This document shows, in pieces, positions 25,601 to 40,600 of a stretch of DNA of 64,000 bases. A program made the position numbers and the translations under genes. The notes under the pieces were generated by a model that was not told the DNA's origin, searched no databases, and worked only from the letters and a program-made list of their open reading frames with translations. Position 1 is the first letter of the stretch. Each line of letters starts with the position of its first letter. The stretch comes from Haliotis cracherodii (lineage: Eukaryota). The stretch spans positions 22,010,001 to 22,074,000 of the forward strand of contig NW_027266308.1 in assembly GCF_022045235.1 (NCBI RefSeq). Reading direction: 5' to 3'.

Positions 25601-28600
25601 GATATCAGTAATATGTCCAAGGAATCAAACATAAAGACGCTTTCTCTGATGCTTCAATTATCTACGTCAGTCAAGTACATCTTCAGTACACTGTTGCGAG
25701 TCTATGCTAAGATGTGGTACAAGGCTCACTGTGCTAAGGTCGTACTGTGGAGCGAGGTCTATTGACCGTCCCGCTGGGAATGCCTTCTAACGCCGCGACA
25801 ATTACCATGCTTCAGACAAAATATATTTTGTCTATGGAAACTCAAATGAAATATATCAACACACCACAGAATTCGTTGGTTGTCAATGTCGACAGCAGGA
25901 TCATCACCACCGAATCTGTTGAGTGTATTCATGGGTTAAACCCATGGTTTCAATGTCAGTGGTGACCGGGGATGGAACGAACCTGGTGGATATGGACCTC
26001 CCTGCCCACGATGTTAGCCGAGTGTCTCCAGGCGTCCAGGATGAGGAGGTCCTTGTTTCCCTGTTCCTTGTGAAGCCGACACAGATCCCCCAGAAGGTGT
26101 CCCCGTTCTACCGTCCTCCGGCTGGCCGGCCTGAGTAACAGAAAAGCTGCGAGTTTCATTCTTACAGTTCGTGCCGTGCAGCCGATGCTCAAAACGACGT
26201 GTGCATGGAACATAACTGCCGCATCAGTACAATATTTGGCAGTCAGCTGTGGTTCATGCATCGCATTTAAATCTTTTTCTGGAATAATGTTTAAGGCTTT
26301 CCAGAATTGGTTACATAGATAATACCCGAGTCTTCATTTATAAGTTAGATAACACCATCAGTGACGTAGAGTAAATACTTGTCAATCCATCCTTTGGACG
26401 AGGAACACGTTTTTCAAAGATGCTCGGTGCAGAGCCTGGACTGCTACAGACTCTGAAGGTGGGCGACAGCCAGAGCTAGGCTTGTCATGTTGAAAGAAAT
26501 CCTTCCCCAAGATTATACTGTTCCTGAGAATGGCGTGAATGTAAGAAAACTCTGAAACACTACCGTAGCTAGTGTAATAGAAGACACGTACTTGAGGTGT
26601 CTGACTGATCCACCTTTGGTGAAGTAGATGAACCGTGGGAAGGGCGAGAGACGGAGTTTGAACATCTGGAACCGAGTGTCTGTCTTGCTGGAGGGTTCGG
26701 TCATGTCCAGGAGACCCGCGGCCTCCGTCAGGTATTGCCTTGCTTCGGGCAGCTGGCCGAGCTGAAGGAAAGACTGCAAAGAAATAGTCATTATTTAGGG
26801 CAGTTCTGAACAACATTTCAGTTACAACAGGTCGGGTAAGTTTCGTATGAGAGAAGAGCCCAAAATGATGAGGGTTCTAAACGTTTACAATTTCGATGAA
26901 TCCCACCAACGTTCATAGTGCTGACAAACTTCAGAGCGAATCTATGATTCGAACCCTGAGTCACTCATGCTCAATGTTCCCGAGACAAGCGTGTCTACCA
27001 GCGATATATCACTTTCATACGAAGGTTACCAGTCGTGGATGTTGATTTTGTGAAATGTTCTCTGATTGGACTATCCACATTTGCGATAGTCCAATGAAAA
27101 ATGGGCTTGATGTGTCAAGGTTTGAAACACAACTTTGATAATAAGGCTATTGGTAGCTCTTGCCTCAGGACGATGCTCATACCCAAGGGAAGAAGCAATG
27201 AGGGAGTTAGTCATCAGCGTGACATCGGCAATATTCCAGCCCAATATGGAAGCATTTGAAGGCTTTGTCTGTAACAGTGCGTTAGCTTCCTATTGGTATC
27301 AAATAACAAATATTTCTTTGTCAGTTAGCCCTAAATATGAGTACAACGCACAATATATACAGTCAAACACCTTTGTGTCGAAGTTGAAGAGACCTGCGTA
27401 AATATCCGAGGTTCGACACAACCGAAAAGGACGACTAAAGAAAGAACATGCAGGGAAGTTTTTACTTCGAGATAACCGTAAGTTGGTCACAACGGTGTTT
27501 GACTGTATACTTTGTTTGAAGTCATACGAAGAAACTAGAAAATATCATTTATCCAGAAATTATGCGTGTGTGCTCGTTTGCGTAACCAGCGTCTTCTGAG
27601 TGACAGTGCATGAAGAGTGTAACCTGTTACAAAGTAACACATTCAACATCTCCAAATAGTACTGTGAATAAGATAGGACTGTATGTCAGGTTGTCGAATC
27701 TTATGAGGGTCTCACCTTCCCAATCAGTCGCTTCAGGCCTGCCTGGATATTCTTGTATTTTCTGACGACCTCTGAGGGCTGGTTCGACACTGCCAGTTTC
27801 CTGAACGGTATTGTTGTTTCCTCTAGCCAAGACATTGCCTACAGAGATGGCAAACAGACTCAACAGTATATATACGTCAATAGATACTGCTGTGATAATT
27901 ATTTGTATTACAGAAACGGATTAGATAAGATGTCATCACAATCGCTTTCATCATCTGCAATGATGACGGGGTAGCCCAGTGATTAAAGTGTTCGTTCGTC
28001 ATCCCGAAAACTTTGTTTCGATACCGCAAATCTTACAATGTCTGCAGCACATTCCTGGTGTACAATGTCGTAACATTTCATAGAATGGTGTAATGCAATA
28101 CTCACTCCGGATCTCACCTGGACAAAGAACCAAACTCTTTGAGTCATTAACGATCATTAAAGAGTTGATTTGAGTAGCTTTCTTAAGTGAATATGTTTCA
28201 AAACACAGTACGTTATCCAGATGCTGAGCTAAACAGCACCAGTGAATCCATAATATGTTTACCTGTCCATTCCTTTTCAGCACAATACAAACAAGTCCTG
28301 CTTCCGTCTGTGTGTCAAGCAGGCTGTACATGTCGTCCGCGGCGTTGTAATGGAAGGCCATTCTATCATACACAGGAAGTAACTGTTCAAGAAGAGAGTT
28401 CCGGCGTTTGTCAATCACAGCGCCCTCTAGGATCAGATGCAGGTGTGGTAACATCTCACTAAGCAGACAACAATGGAAGAGACAATGAAACAGATACTCC
28501 CACAAGTGCCCTTGATTCTTCTTTTTAAGGACCATATCCATGCCTCATGGGTTCACATAAATGTTCAAGGCTTCACTATCAGTGTTCAGGGATTCACCAT

Positions 28601-31600
28601 CAATGTTCAAGGGTTCACATCAATGTTCGTGGGTTCACCATCAATGTTCGTGGGTTCATCATCAATGTTCAAGGGTTCACCATCAATGTTCAAGGGTTCA
28701 CCATCAATGTCTAAGGGTTCACCATCAATGTTCAAGGGTTCACATCAATGTTCGTGGGTTCACCATCAATGTTCGTGGGTTCATCATCAATGTTCAAGGG
28801 TTCACCATCAATGTTCAAGGGTTCACCATCAATGTCTAAGGGTTCACCATCAATGTTCAAGGGTTCACCATCAATGTTCAAGGGTTCACCATCAATGTTC
28901 AAGGGTTCATCATCAATGTTCTTGGGTTCTCCATCAATGTTCAAGGGTTCGCCATCAATGTTCATGGGTCCAAGGGTTCATCGTCAATGTTCAATGGTCC
29001 AAGGGTTCATCATCAATGTTCAAGGGTCCACCATCAATGTTCAAGGGTTCATCAACAATGTTCATGGATTCACCATCAATATTCAAGGGTTCACCATCAA
29101 TGTTCATGGGTCCAAGGGTTCACCATCAATGTCCAAGGGTTCACCATCAATGTTCAAGGGTTCATCATCAATGTTCAAGGGTTCACCATCAATGTTCAAG
29201 GGTTCACCATCAATGTCAAGGGTTCACCATCAGTGTTCAAGGGTTCATCATCAACGTTCAAAGGTTCACCATCAATGTTCAAGGGTTCATCATCAATGTT
29301 CTTGGGTTCTCCATCAATGTTCAAGGGTTCGCCATCAATGTTCATGGGTCCAAGGGTTCATCGTCAATGTTCAATGGTCCAAGGGTTCATCATCAATGTT
29401 CAAGGGTTCACCATCAATGTTCAAGGGTCCATCATCAATGTTCAAGGGTTCATCATCAATGTTCATGGGTTCACCATCAATATTCAAGGGTTCACCATCA
29501 ATGTTCGTGGGTTCACCATCAATGTTCATGGGTCCAAGGGTTGATCATCAATGTTCAAGGGTCCACCATCAATGTTCAAGGGTTCATCATCAATGTTCAT
29601 GGGTCCAAGGGTTCATCATCAATGTTCATGGGTTCACCATCAATATTCAAGGGTTCACCATCAATGTTCATGGGTCCAAGGGTTCATCATCAATATTCAA
29701 GGGTTCACCATCAATGTTCATGGGTCCAAGGGTTCATCATCAATGGTCAAGGGTCCACCATCAATGTTCAAGGGTTCATCATCAATGTTCAAGGGTTCAT
29801 CATCAATGTTCAAGGGTTCACCATCAATGTTCAAGGGTTCATCATCAATGTTCAAGGGTTCACCATCTATGTTCAAGGGTCAATCGTGAATGTTCAAGGG
29901 TTCATCATCAATGTTCAAGGGTTCGCCATCAATGTTCAAGGGTTCACCATCAATGTTCAAGGGTTCATCATCAATGTTCATGGGTCCAAGGGTTCATCAT
30001 CAATGTTCAAGGGTTCATCGTCAATGTTCAAGGGTTCCCCATCAATGTCCATGGGTTCATCATCAATGTTCATGAGTCTTAGGGTTCACGATCAATGTTC
30101 AAGGGTTCACAATCAATGTTCATGGGTTCATCATCAATATTCATGGTTTCACCGTCAATGTAAACCCAAGCCACATGCGCCACTTCAGTATTTCCACTAA
30201 CATTTAGCAACGATCATGATAAAATAATGCTTAAAACGGCGTGAAACCCAGCTTACGCGTACCGTGTACCAATAATTCAAAGTGTCTTTTTGTGGATGCA
30301 CAAACGTGACATTGTGACACATTAATAATATTTCATAGATATTTCATGTTTTATCTTCAGAAAAAAGATAATCGCTAACGTTTATCTATAATAGAAATAC
30401 ACTAACCCCGATTTTAAAATTGTCCGAAACCTTTTTGACGTCTCTTCATCAGTCAACGCATTCTCTTCGTGTGTGTCTGAAACAACACCAAGATCATTGT
30501 CACACCGGCACTGTCAAGAAGCAGAAAGAGCAACCTTTAAGCCATTGCATATTTCAGGTACCTTGAGAAAACCATTTAAATTAAATAAGAACATGAATAA
30601 ATCCCAACAAAATCACACGTACGTATTTTTTCAGCTTCAGATTCCTTCCGGTTTTGGACGAACAACTGATACGGTACATTGCCCCTGATGTCCTTGACCC
30701 CCCGTGCAATAAACTCAGCAGCCTTCAGATGCAGATGCTGCTTCTGCTTGCCCATCAGCATTTCCTGAGCAGTGTCTTTAAGCAGCTTATGTCGGAACAT
30801 AAGCGAGTTGCACATGACCTCTCCCTCCTCGTGGTCCCCCCTGGGGCAGCAGCACTCCCCTCTGGCTCTCCCGACGTCCTCTCTACGACGTGACGACGAC
30901 AGACGAGAGGAGACGCTGCTGCACGTAAACGTCCCGTTCTCATACAGCCTCTTGAGGGAAGTGCTGACTTTGAAGGTGTTGGCCTGGGGAAGGACCTCCT
31001 CCACGCTCTGCCTCGTGAAGGGAGGCTCAAGAACAGCCGCACACTTCACGATCAGCTGTTCTGTGGCACGCATAGAATCTATTCTTGCTACAACCAAATC
31101 TGCAAAAGAACCAGTTTGTTTGTTTGTAGTTTAAAGCCGCACTAAGCAATATTCCATGTTTATTTGACGGCGTTCTGTAAATAATCGAATCTGGACCAGA
31201 CAATCCTGTGATTGACATCATGAGCATCGGTCTATGCAGTTGGAATACGATGACAAGCATAAACTAAGTCCGCGAGCCTGACCACCCGATCCCATCAGTC
31301 GCCTCTTACGACAAGCGTAGTCGCCTCTTACGACAAGCATAATCGCCTTTAGCGCAAGTATGGGTTGTTGAAGACGTGTTCTCTACCCAAATCTTCACGG
31401 TCGCGTGCTAAAACTGTTAGTAAGATCGTGATATCGGTCAGTGATACTAAATGTACTGGATTGGTTCATCGCATCAATAACATCTTCTCTTTTTATGGTA
31501 AGTAGTTTGATGAATTATGAAATATAATGAATCATTCAATTGGAGTAAAACCGAGATTTCATCCACTCAGTACTGCGATCAGACAGAGAACATGCTCTGG

Positions 31601-34600
31601 TGAAGGCGTCTTCAGATGACGCGGTTCATACTTATCTGGACTTTCACACAAGACAACATTTAACTGAAGTCCATGTTCTCATTGGATAGGGACATGGATG
31701 TCCTGGTCATCGAAGTCAACGCATTTCTCTGTGCCGAGTTACACGCCACTGGGTGTATGTATCCACGGGTCCTGATAATGGCCCTTGGTTTGTCAGCACG
31801 ATTTCCCCTGTATGTTTTGTCAGCACGATTTCCCCTGTATGTTTTGTCAGCACGATTGCCCCTGTATGTTTTGTCAGCACGATTTGCCATGTATGTTTTG
31901 TCAGCACGATTGTCCCTGTATGTTTTGTCAGCACGATTGCCCCTGTATGTTTTGTCAGCACGATTGCCCCTGTATGTTTTGTCAGCACGATTGCCCCTGT
32001 ATGTTTTGTCAGCACGATTGCCCCTGTATGTTTTGTCAGCACGAATGCCCTTGTATGTTTTGTCAGCACGACTGCCCCTGTATGTTTTGTCAATACACCA
32101 ACACATCTTACAAACTGCGTGTGCTGGTTAGCGGCCTAAACCTCAACGGTTCCCCCTTTCCATGTGTACTTTCATTTCACACGAACCCTGAACACTGTTA
32201 AAGTCATTACTTACATGAAACAGACAACCGGCATACCTTTCATGGCCCCAGGAACTTGAATGTCCTCGGCAGTTTTACCAGGCGCCATGACGCATGTTCT
32301 CAATTCGAACGTTCCCCTCACCTTGCTCTGAGTAGTGAATTTAAAGCCAAGGTCAGCAAGCATGGCTTCGGGACTTGCCTCAGGTGTTATGGAGTCCTGG
32401 GTATATTAAAAAGACACAAGTATATCAAGAACACCATGTTGGCCTAGTAGTCTACCTCACAACTTTCAACAAGGACCGATACGATTTTGTACTGAGTGAG
32501 TGAAAACATCGTTTCATGTTTAATTGATCACTAATATTGCCTAGTGTCTGGGGAAAGATCGAATCACCTACATACGATCCAGAAGTTTGAGATACAATAT
32601 CGTTTAGCCAAATCAAAAAGTAACAATGTCCCAATTTTATAACAAGGCGAATTTTATGTTTTTAAACAAAATATAATAATGTTTGTATTGAGGGCTATGG
32701 TTGTTTCAGAAGTTACGTTCCAAGGTTTATTTCCAGTGATTGATGATTGATACCCATTATGTGAGTACACACACACAGAGCAGAGTTTAATGACTTGAAT
32801 CAAACACGGAGTACTGCCAGCATAGTTTTTTAACTTGAATGAAACTTGAACTATTGACAGCAGAATTTAAGGACTTAAATCAAACATGGAGTACTGCCTG
32901 CAGACTCTAATGACTTAAATCAAACATGGAGTACTGCCTGCAGACTCTAATGACTTAAATCAAACATGGAGTACTGCCTGCAGACTCTAATGACTTAAAT
33001 CAAACTTGGAAGGATTGCCAACTGACCCCTGCTAAGTTCGCCGTTAATGGGGGACAATTTCCCCGCGATCAGATGCCCATTTTCGAGCTAGGTCTAAACA
33101 TTGCAATCTGTGACTTGTATCAAACTTTGACATCGTGTATATGGACATGTGGTTATCATAAACGTCTACATAATCAAATAGATTTGAGTTTACAGACAAA
33201 GTGGGTTTACTTCTATAATTTGCACAATGACTGCCAGTTGACCGGAGCCTAGTCTCCGTTTAATACTGGCACGCCACACTTACGATGTCGGAAAATCTCC
33301 TGGCCGTTCTGGGACGCCTCCGCTCGGTGGCCTTCCCGATATTGGTCAACTTGGTAATGAAAGTCTGTTTAGGGACCACGACAGACGCCCTGAAGGTAGT
33401 GGGGACGAGGTCAGTGTAGCGGATGAGGATCTGGCGTTTGTCGTACATGTCCCGGAGTAGCTGTTCCACCCATGACGGAACCCCTTGACTCATGTCCCGT
33501 AACACACTGTAGATGAATGATGATGATGATGATGATGATAATCATCATCATCATTATCATCATGTGGTTTTTTTCTCTACTACTGGACGGTACAGAAATG
33601 AGTGTCAACCAAGCGAGAAGTGCCATATCAAGTCGGCTCTGAAAGACCACTGCATCGAGTTTGTGTGCAGTGTGTTGAGAAGATAAGCAATCCTGCAGAG
33701 TCATTCGCTTGGATGAAGTCGTCTGACCTAAAAAGTGAAACTGAAGGCTTTCTGTTGGCTGCTCAGGACCTTCCCACTCAAAACCGTCAATGTGTGATTT
33801 TACATCAAAATGAAAACATGAAATGTAGATTATGTAATGCATTTAATGAGATGGATGACCAGCCTTGGCACAAACACAGTATCTTAAACGACATGATGGT
33901 GTAGCTCGATCATTTTATTACCGTCTTCACCATGCTTGTGGTTTTGACACAGAGGTCCACCCATGGTACGAGCCGGATTATGTAGAGGGCATCACGAAAA
34001 ATGATAAATACCAAATTCTTTGGAATAGGCCCATTTACAGCCCAATACGTATCCAGGCCAACAAACCTGATCTTGTCCTTTTTGATAAATCCAATGAAAT
34101 CATTTATATCATTGAATTTTCTGTCCCCTTTGACACTAATGTGATTGACAAGATTTAGGAAAAACATGGCAATAATGCGGACCTCGCTTTCGAAATGTCG
34201 CGCTTGCATGCCAAGTACCAAGTTGTCCGACTCCCCATTGATCTCGGTGTCTTAGGTTTGGTACCTCCCAATCTGTTGACTGACATTGGAAGAGAACCCG
34301 GGTTTTCTACCGGGAATACAGCCCTTAAGACAAACTGGGTAATGCAGAAGGCTGCAGTTTTGGCGAGTCCTCACATTCTCCGAAAAGTTCTGGATGGGTT
34401 TGACTTGGCAGCGATTCCAGGGAGAGGTCCCATTCGCTGTCTGGGCTGCGTGTCGAGGAGGCAAGGGCCCTGAGCTTATCAACTTATCAACATTGAATTC
34501 CTTGAACACATTTGACCAGAACGACTTTTTCAATGCACGAGAAGACGAAAAAAGATGATGACAATATTTGAAAAATGTTTGTTTAAAGAAAGTTATCGAA

Positions 34601-37600
34601 GATGAAGAACATTTTCTGTTGATCTGTCCCTTGTATGAGAATTTGAGGAGTCAGTATTCTAGCGTTGTGAAAGGACATTTTAACGTCATCAATATCATGA
34701 AACTTTGTGACAACCAGCATGCATGGAAACGAGGTGCAAACATATTTTATGGTGTCAATGTGAGAAAACAATGGATTGAAAAACACTATGATATGAATTA
34801 ATATCATTTGTAGGTGATTTATATTTATAGTAATGTATTGAACGTATAAAGGCGAACCTTTCATCAATATATTGTTTGTGAATTACGGGTCGGGTGGCCT
34901 ACATTTCCGAGAAGAAAAAACATACCATACTAAAAAAGAGGTCATAAATAACTGAGAAGGTCCGTTTATGACTACTTCCAGACTTAGTGCAGCAACATTT
35001 ATTACCAATGAGGGGGGTGGGGGTGGGGGTGGGGGTGGGGGTGTGGGTCACTTGTCTAAGGCGACGCGATTCGCTGTGCAGTTGCGTCCATTGGGCACAC
35101 AAGAAACCTATGATTGTGGGTTTGAATCACGTTTCTAGGTTTGTCAGCATCATACCCGTGCTCGTGGGTTTCACCGAAGTGATAATCGTCTGAGACCTGC
35201 ATCACTTCGGGCTTTCCTCCCACATTCAGCTGACACGTCGTGATATAACTAGAATACTGTTAAAAGCTAAGAGCGGCGTGATGTTTTTAAGTCCTTTTTG
35301 GAAATTGAAATATTTTTGGGTTGCATAAATGTACATTTCAGTCATTTTACACATTGACTGATTTTACACACTAACTGTAACATGTAGCTAGTTTATGCCA
35401 ACTGACCATTGTCTGTGAAGTGACTCATAGCAACGGGACGTCATATGGACGCAACGTCACAAATAATTGTCTATATCGTCAACCATTGATCATCACGTTT
35501 CAGACGATTCCAACAAAAGACTGAGCTGCAGACTCCACTTGAGATCAAGGAACCCACATTTATCTACATCTTCTCAGAAAAAAACACCGATGATTTATAT
35601 AAAGAATACACTAATTAGTCGCAACTCTCTCGTGAATTAATGTCGAAAAACCCTCTTCGAATCTTGGAACTTTCAAAAGTACTTCACTCGAGACAGGTCA
35701 TAGGTAACTTCCCTATAGGTTAAGTACTTCATGTTCAACATCATACAGGCGTTCGGTAGCTCACCTATATAATTAGCCATTACACATTATCTTATGGTTA
35801 CAAGTAAATTATCTTGTCTGGCGACTCACTTATCCAAATCCTTGGGGATACTGACGACTTCTAACACCTGACACGCCAATGCTGACACGAGAGAAAGGTC
35901 AAGGCCGTACACATCCGTCACAATGGACGTCTTCACGTTAAATAAACTGTAGGCTTCTGGGCACGGAGGGTTCTCTATGGCGTTTGGTCTGGTGGCCAGG
36001 GCAAGGAGACAATGAGGATGTTCGCTCAGTGCCTTGACACATGACCATGACTCCTTGTCACTGAAGTGCATGTCGTCTACGATGACGGCGGTGGGACCCA
36101 TGGAGTCAAGGCACTGAAAATTGAAACGTCATGGTTATGAGTGAGTTTGTCTTATGGCATCTTGGCAGAGAGGCTTTAAGTAGTAGCTGTGTCCAGTAAT
36201 ATCCGAGGTATATGTTATTAGTGTATCGGTATTAGTGTATTCCGAATGCATCAAAACCTCTTTAATGATTAAAAGTGTTCAGATTTGTTTCTTCTCGTCA
36301 CGGGTGAGTTTGGACTCAATTAGAAAACTAGAAACAGAGACACAACGTTACAAAGACTTTTTCTAACATAAAAAAACATATTATTTGTTTGTTTACGTGT
36401 TTAAGGTTATGTCCTATGTGCAAATTACTGGGAATTGCAGTGACGCCTCACGAGGGCACCGATTGAGGGCTTGGCGGTTCAGAGGACCGAGAACAACAGC
36501 TGTTGTCCTGTCTCACGTGAGTACAATAACCAGACTCACCCGTCCCCCCGACATAGCATTCAGAGTGAGTATTGTTTTACACCGCTTTTAGCAACATTCC
36601 AGCAATATCACGGCGGGGGACACCAGAAGTGGGCTTCACACATCGTACCCATGTGGGGAATCGAACCAGGGTCTTCGGTGTGACGAGCGAACGCTTTAAC
36701 CAGTAGGTTACCCCACCGCCCCCGTATCATTCAGAGGTTACTTATGGTCAATCATAGCAAGTTTTGTTTCTCGGACAAATATGCTGCAAGAAGCATACTT
36801 GCCGTAAAATTCAATTTTATACATTTTGAATCTCAATTCTAAATCGAACGGCTTCTAATTAGCTGGATGATGAAGTTACGTAATGGTTATTGCATGTAAC
36901 GGACAATGCATCGCATCGATCTCCGACATGTGAGCGAATCATGAAGCCCATTAAAGGTCTTCCATGCCGTGATATGTAGGCTGAAACGCCAAAAGCGTCT
37001 TAAAGCCCTACGTTTCTATTTTCACACGCAAAGTAAGGCGGCGTTACTTATTTCCAGTAACATCCAAGTAAGTATCAGGGTCGTGAAGGTCCTTGTGATC
37101 AAAGCATCATTATGACGTAGATACATCTGCTGTGGTAACTCATACACTGAGCACGCAAGCATAAACATGCAACAATAATCATGATAATATTAGGATCTTA
37201 TTCATCAGGTATTGGTTATCATAGATGAGGTGAGGTGGCGCTTAACGTCGCGTTCTAGATTATTGCACTTAGATAGCGACGTGCATGCACGTGTGTGCGT
37301 GCGTGTGGTGGCTTGTGCTGGTCCGGAATAGTGCCGATTTTATAGTGCTGGCCCACTAAGATACCATGCCGCTGTTTAACATGAATTCCCCACTCAGACA
37401 CAGTATACTGACTCCGAGTTGACCAGTCCTTGTTTTAGCACCTTAATGCATGCCAAGTACCGTCGTTTAACGTCTTTTGGTATGACGCGGTCGGGGAACC
37501 TACCATTAGAGTTTAATTGAGCAGAAGATTGACCCCCATGGGCTTTGAAAATCGAGTTCTTCTTAATTATTAAAAATGTCAAAATCTTTAAAATATGTCA

Positions 37601-40600
37601 AGTCTTTTAAGGTTAATATGATGAACAGTCTTCAGTTTTTTCATGTCTATCAGCTTGAAAGGGAAAGGCAGTGTAAGGTGTGACTTTCTCTTTATATTAG
37701 TAAATGACAAAGACGCATTTTCATCAGATATATGGTTGTATAGGGGCAGCTCATGTAGGCATCCAGATTCTCCCTCATTGTAGACCGCCTCCGTGGTGTA
37801 GTGGATAGAATGTCTGCCCGGATAGCGTAAGGTCCGGGGTTTGATCTCCGGCCACGTCATACCAAAAGACGTAAAACTGTTAAAAGATGGCACTTGTTAT
37901 TACCCTTCCTGGCGTTCGGCAATAAGGGGCTAAAACAAGGACTGGTCGGCTCAGTGTCAGTATACTGTGTCTAAGTGACGTAGTCATGTCAAACTGCGGT
38001 ATGGTATCTCAGTGGACAAGCACTGTCGATCCCCGGGGCCGTCACAGTTAGCATTAAGGTGCTGAAACAAGGACTGGTCAACTTGAAGCTATTATACTGT
38101 GTCTGAGTGGGGTATTCATGTTAAACTCCACTTCACCTCCCCACCACCTTCTCCTTCATTATGATCCGTTGTTTGTCAGCATCATGCGTGTTTGGTTTCA
38201 CCAAAGATTCACTGCATCACGTCGGGCTTTCCTCCCACATGAAGCTGACACGCCGTCATACAACTTACAACAGTACAGAGTCGCGTGAGCCCAACACACA
38301 CACGCAGTCGTTGTGAAGACACTCACCATATGCGTGAGGAACTCAAAGACCTGCGTCCGAGCTGTTACAGATGCTTGGTTCATATGTGAGGGTGGTATGG
38401 GCTGCAAGAAAGGGATCAGGGTCAGATTAACAAGTCTGTTTGTTTGTTGTTTAACGCGCACTCAGCAATATTCCAGCTATATGCCGGCGGTCTGTAAATA
38501 ATCAAGACTGGAGCAGACAATTCAGTGATTGACATTATGAACATCGATCTAAACAATTGGAATGCGATGACATGCATCAACCAAGTCAGCGAGCCTTACC
38601 ACCCAGTCCCGCCTCCTACGACAAGCATGGGTTGCTGAAGACAATTCCAAACCGCATCTCCACAGGTCGAACAAGGCACCCCAAGCGCCCCTTCAGGGCA
38701 GTGTGACCGATATGCAATGTCTTAAATCATTTCCAAGCTCACCAAAGATCAAGTCAATAACGCTTACCATGAATACCAAATTACTTTCCTGATTGTGTTG
38801 ATATATCAATTAAGAAACATTTGCTTACACTGACAATAAAATACAACAAGGACAGGTCAGTGAGTAAGTAGCCGCTTTTAGTAATATTCCACCAATATCA
38901 CGCCGGGGTGGCACCAGAGATTGTACTCATAATGGGAATCGAACAACAGTGACAAGGCGGGGTGATCGTGATGACGCTGAGGAGTGAACGACACCACCAT
39001 ACCTTTGTGGACAGTAGGTCGACAACTGCTGCAATGTGCTGGTCCATGCCACACAACCTCATGGTTTCCAATACAGCAGGCTCCTTCTCCACCTCCTGCG
39101 AGTAGCCGCAACTCGACAGCAACATCCGGAGAAGATGTCTGGCCAGAAAGTACGCCGTGTTGACATTCAGGAGGTTCAGGCTGCAGCTGATCACTCTGTG
39201 GTGGAAATAAGCTGTATTGGTGTATGGCAAACAAAGAAATCCCATATCAATACACGAAGATGGAGGCACTCACTCACTCACTCACTCACGTACGTACGCA
39301 CGTACGCACGCACGCACGCATGTATGTAAGGTTCTCTTGTGACATCAGGACATGACATTGACATACTTCAGGTTCTCCTGGGCAGCTATATAACACAGAG
39401 CATCCAGCAGTCTAGTCTTGCCCATTCCAGCGGACCCCACGAATACAAGATGGCGGTGTTTGCCGTTGTCCAGGAGGTTGTGGATTTCACCTAGGAACAT
39501 GTTCTTCTCCTCGTTCCGTCCTGCAGTGGAAGAACTTAAAAAAATACACCACGGTTTTCGCTAGTTTGATTTGTCGGAACACCAGTTGGACACCAATGAG
39601 AAGTACAAGAGGATGCACTGGTTTCTGTTTCTTAACACTAACAGTCAAAAGCTTTTCCTCATATATAGATTGGTAAATGGTGCTGATACGTGAATCTTAG
39701 GGGCCGACCATTTGATATTCTTGGCGTTTAGGTAGAGGGGCGGTTGCTCGAAACTTGACAAAATAATTATGTTTCAGGCTGTTGAAACCAGAAGAAATGG
39801 GCTGCCACAAAAACTTAATTGTTGCAAGATGTTTTACCTTTCAAAACATCAGGCCCCTAGTTATAAATAAAAAGATACCTGGATTTGAAGCTGAGGGAAA
39901 TATCTAATCTCCATACAAAATCCTAGCATCCGACCATCCCATCACACACCCTCCATCCTGAATATCAAGGTCGGTCCCTTACATTAAAACGAGTATTACA
40001 GCATATTTAATATCTCTCACCTAACAAGGGGTACTCGAAGTACGGAAGGCTGTTCTCAATTCCTGAGCTGTCTTTGTTTACATCGGGGAGGCTGAATTCA
40101 CGGATGAGTCCTATATTCTGGAGACCTTTCATTCGTTTGGTAACCAAGACAACGAAGTTTTCGGGTGGCAGACGACACGACTGGAAAGTATCGTCATCAC
40201 ACGTGACCTTGTTAGGGTATTGCATCATCAGCCTGGCCGCCATATTGACTTTCCGTCCTATCACTGTACAGACAAAGCGAGAAGACAATGAGTTGTTATC
40301 ACCCAACTGATAAGTTGTATCCACACATGTACCTATTCAACCCAACCTTGAAGTTGTGTCTAAATGTATTTACCTATTCATGTTATCAACCCTGCCTAGA
40401 AGTTGTCTCTAAAGATGTACCTATTCATGTTATCAACACTGTCTAGAAGTTGGTCCCTAAATGTATTTACCAATTCATGTTATCAACCCAACCTAGAAGT
40501 CGTCTCTACACATGTACCTATTCATGTTATCAACACTGCCTAGAAGTTGTCACTAAATGTATTTACCTATTCATGTTATCAACCCTGCTTAGAGGTTGTC

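Noticed and set aside
28473-30200. 575-aa and 444-aa ORFs
   Set aside because: They are translations of a stop-free 21-bp minisatellite, open in all three + frames and lying in a sAC intron.
31660-32201. Cys-rich ORFs (CQHDCPCMF)n and the GC-richer flank at 31580-31790
   Set aside because: The ORFs are 27-bp repeat artefacts. The flank has stops in all minus frames, and sAC splices in frame without it.
35012-35047. G-quadruplex-like (GGGGGT)n run; also poly-G at 44619-44631
   Set aside because: Simple repeats (the first at a SINE head) with no evidence of function.
37048-37147. Possible extra or mutually exclusive sAC exon (YELPQQMYLRHND...LLEI)
   Set aside because: No acceptor/donor pair gives the phase 0/0 needed between w13/w14 and w15.
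39367-39420. Apparent frameshift in sAC exon w12
   Set aside because: Re-reading gives tgt tat ata gct (CYIA); the frame is intact and phase-compatible with w13.
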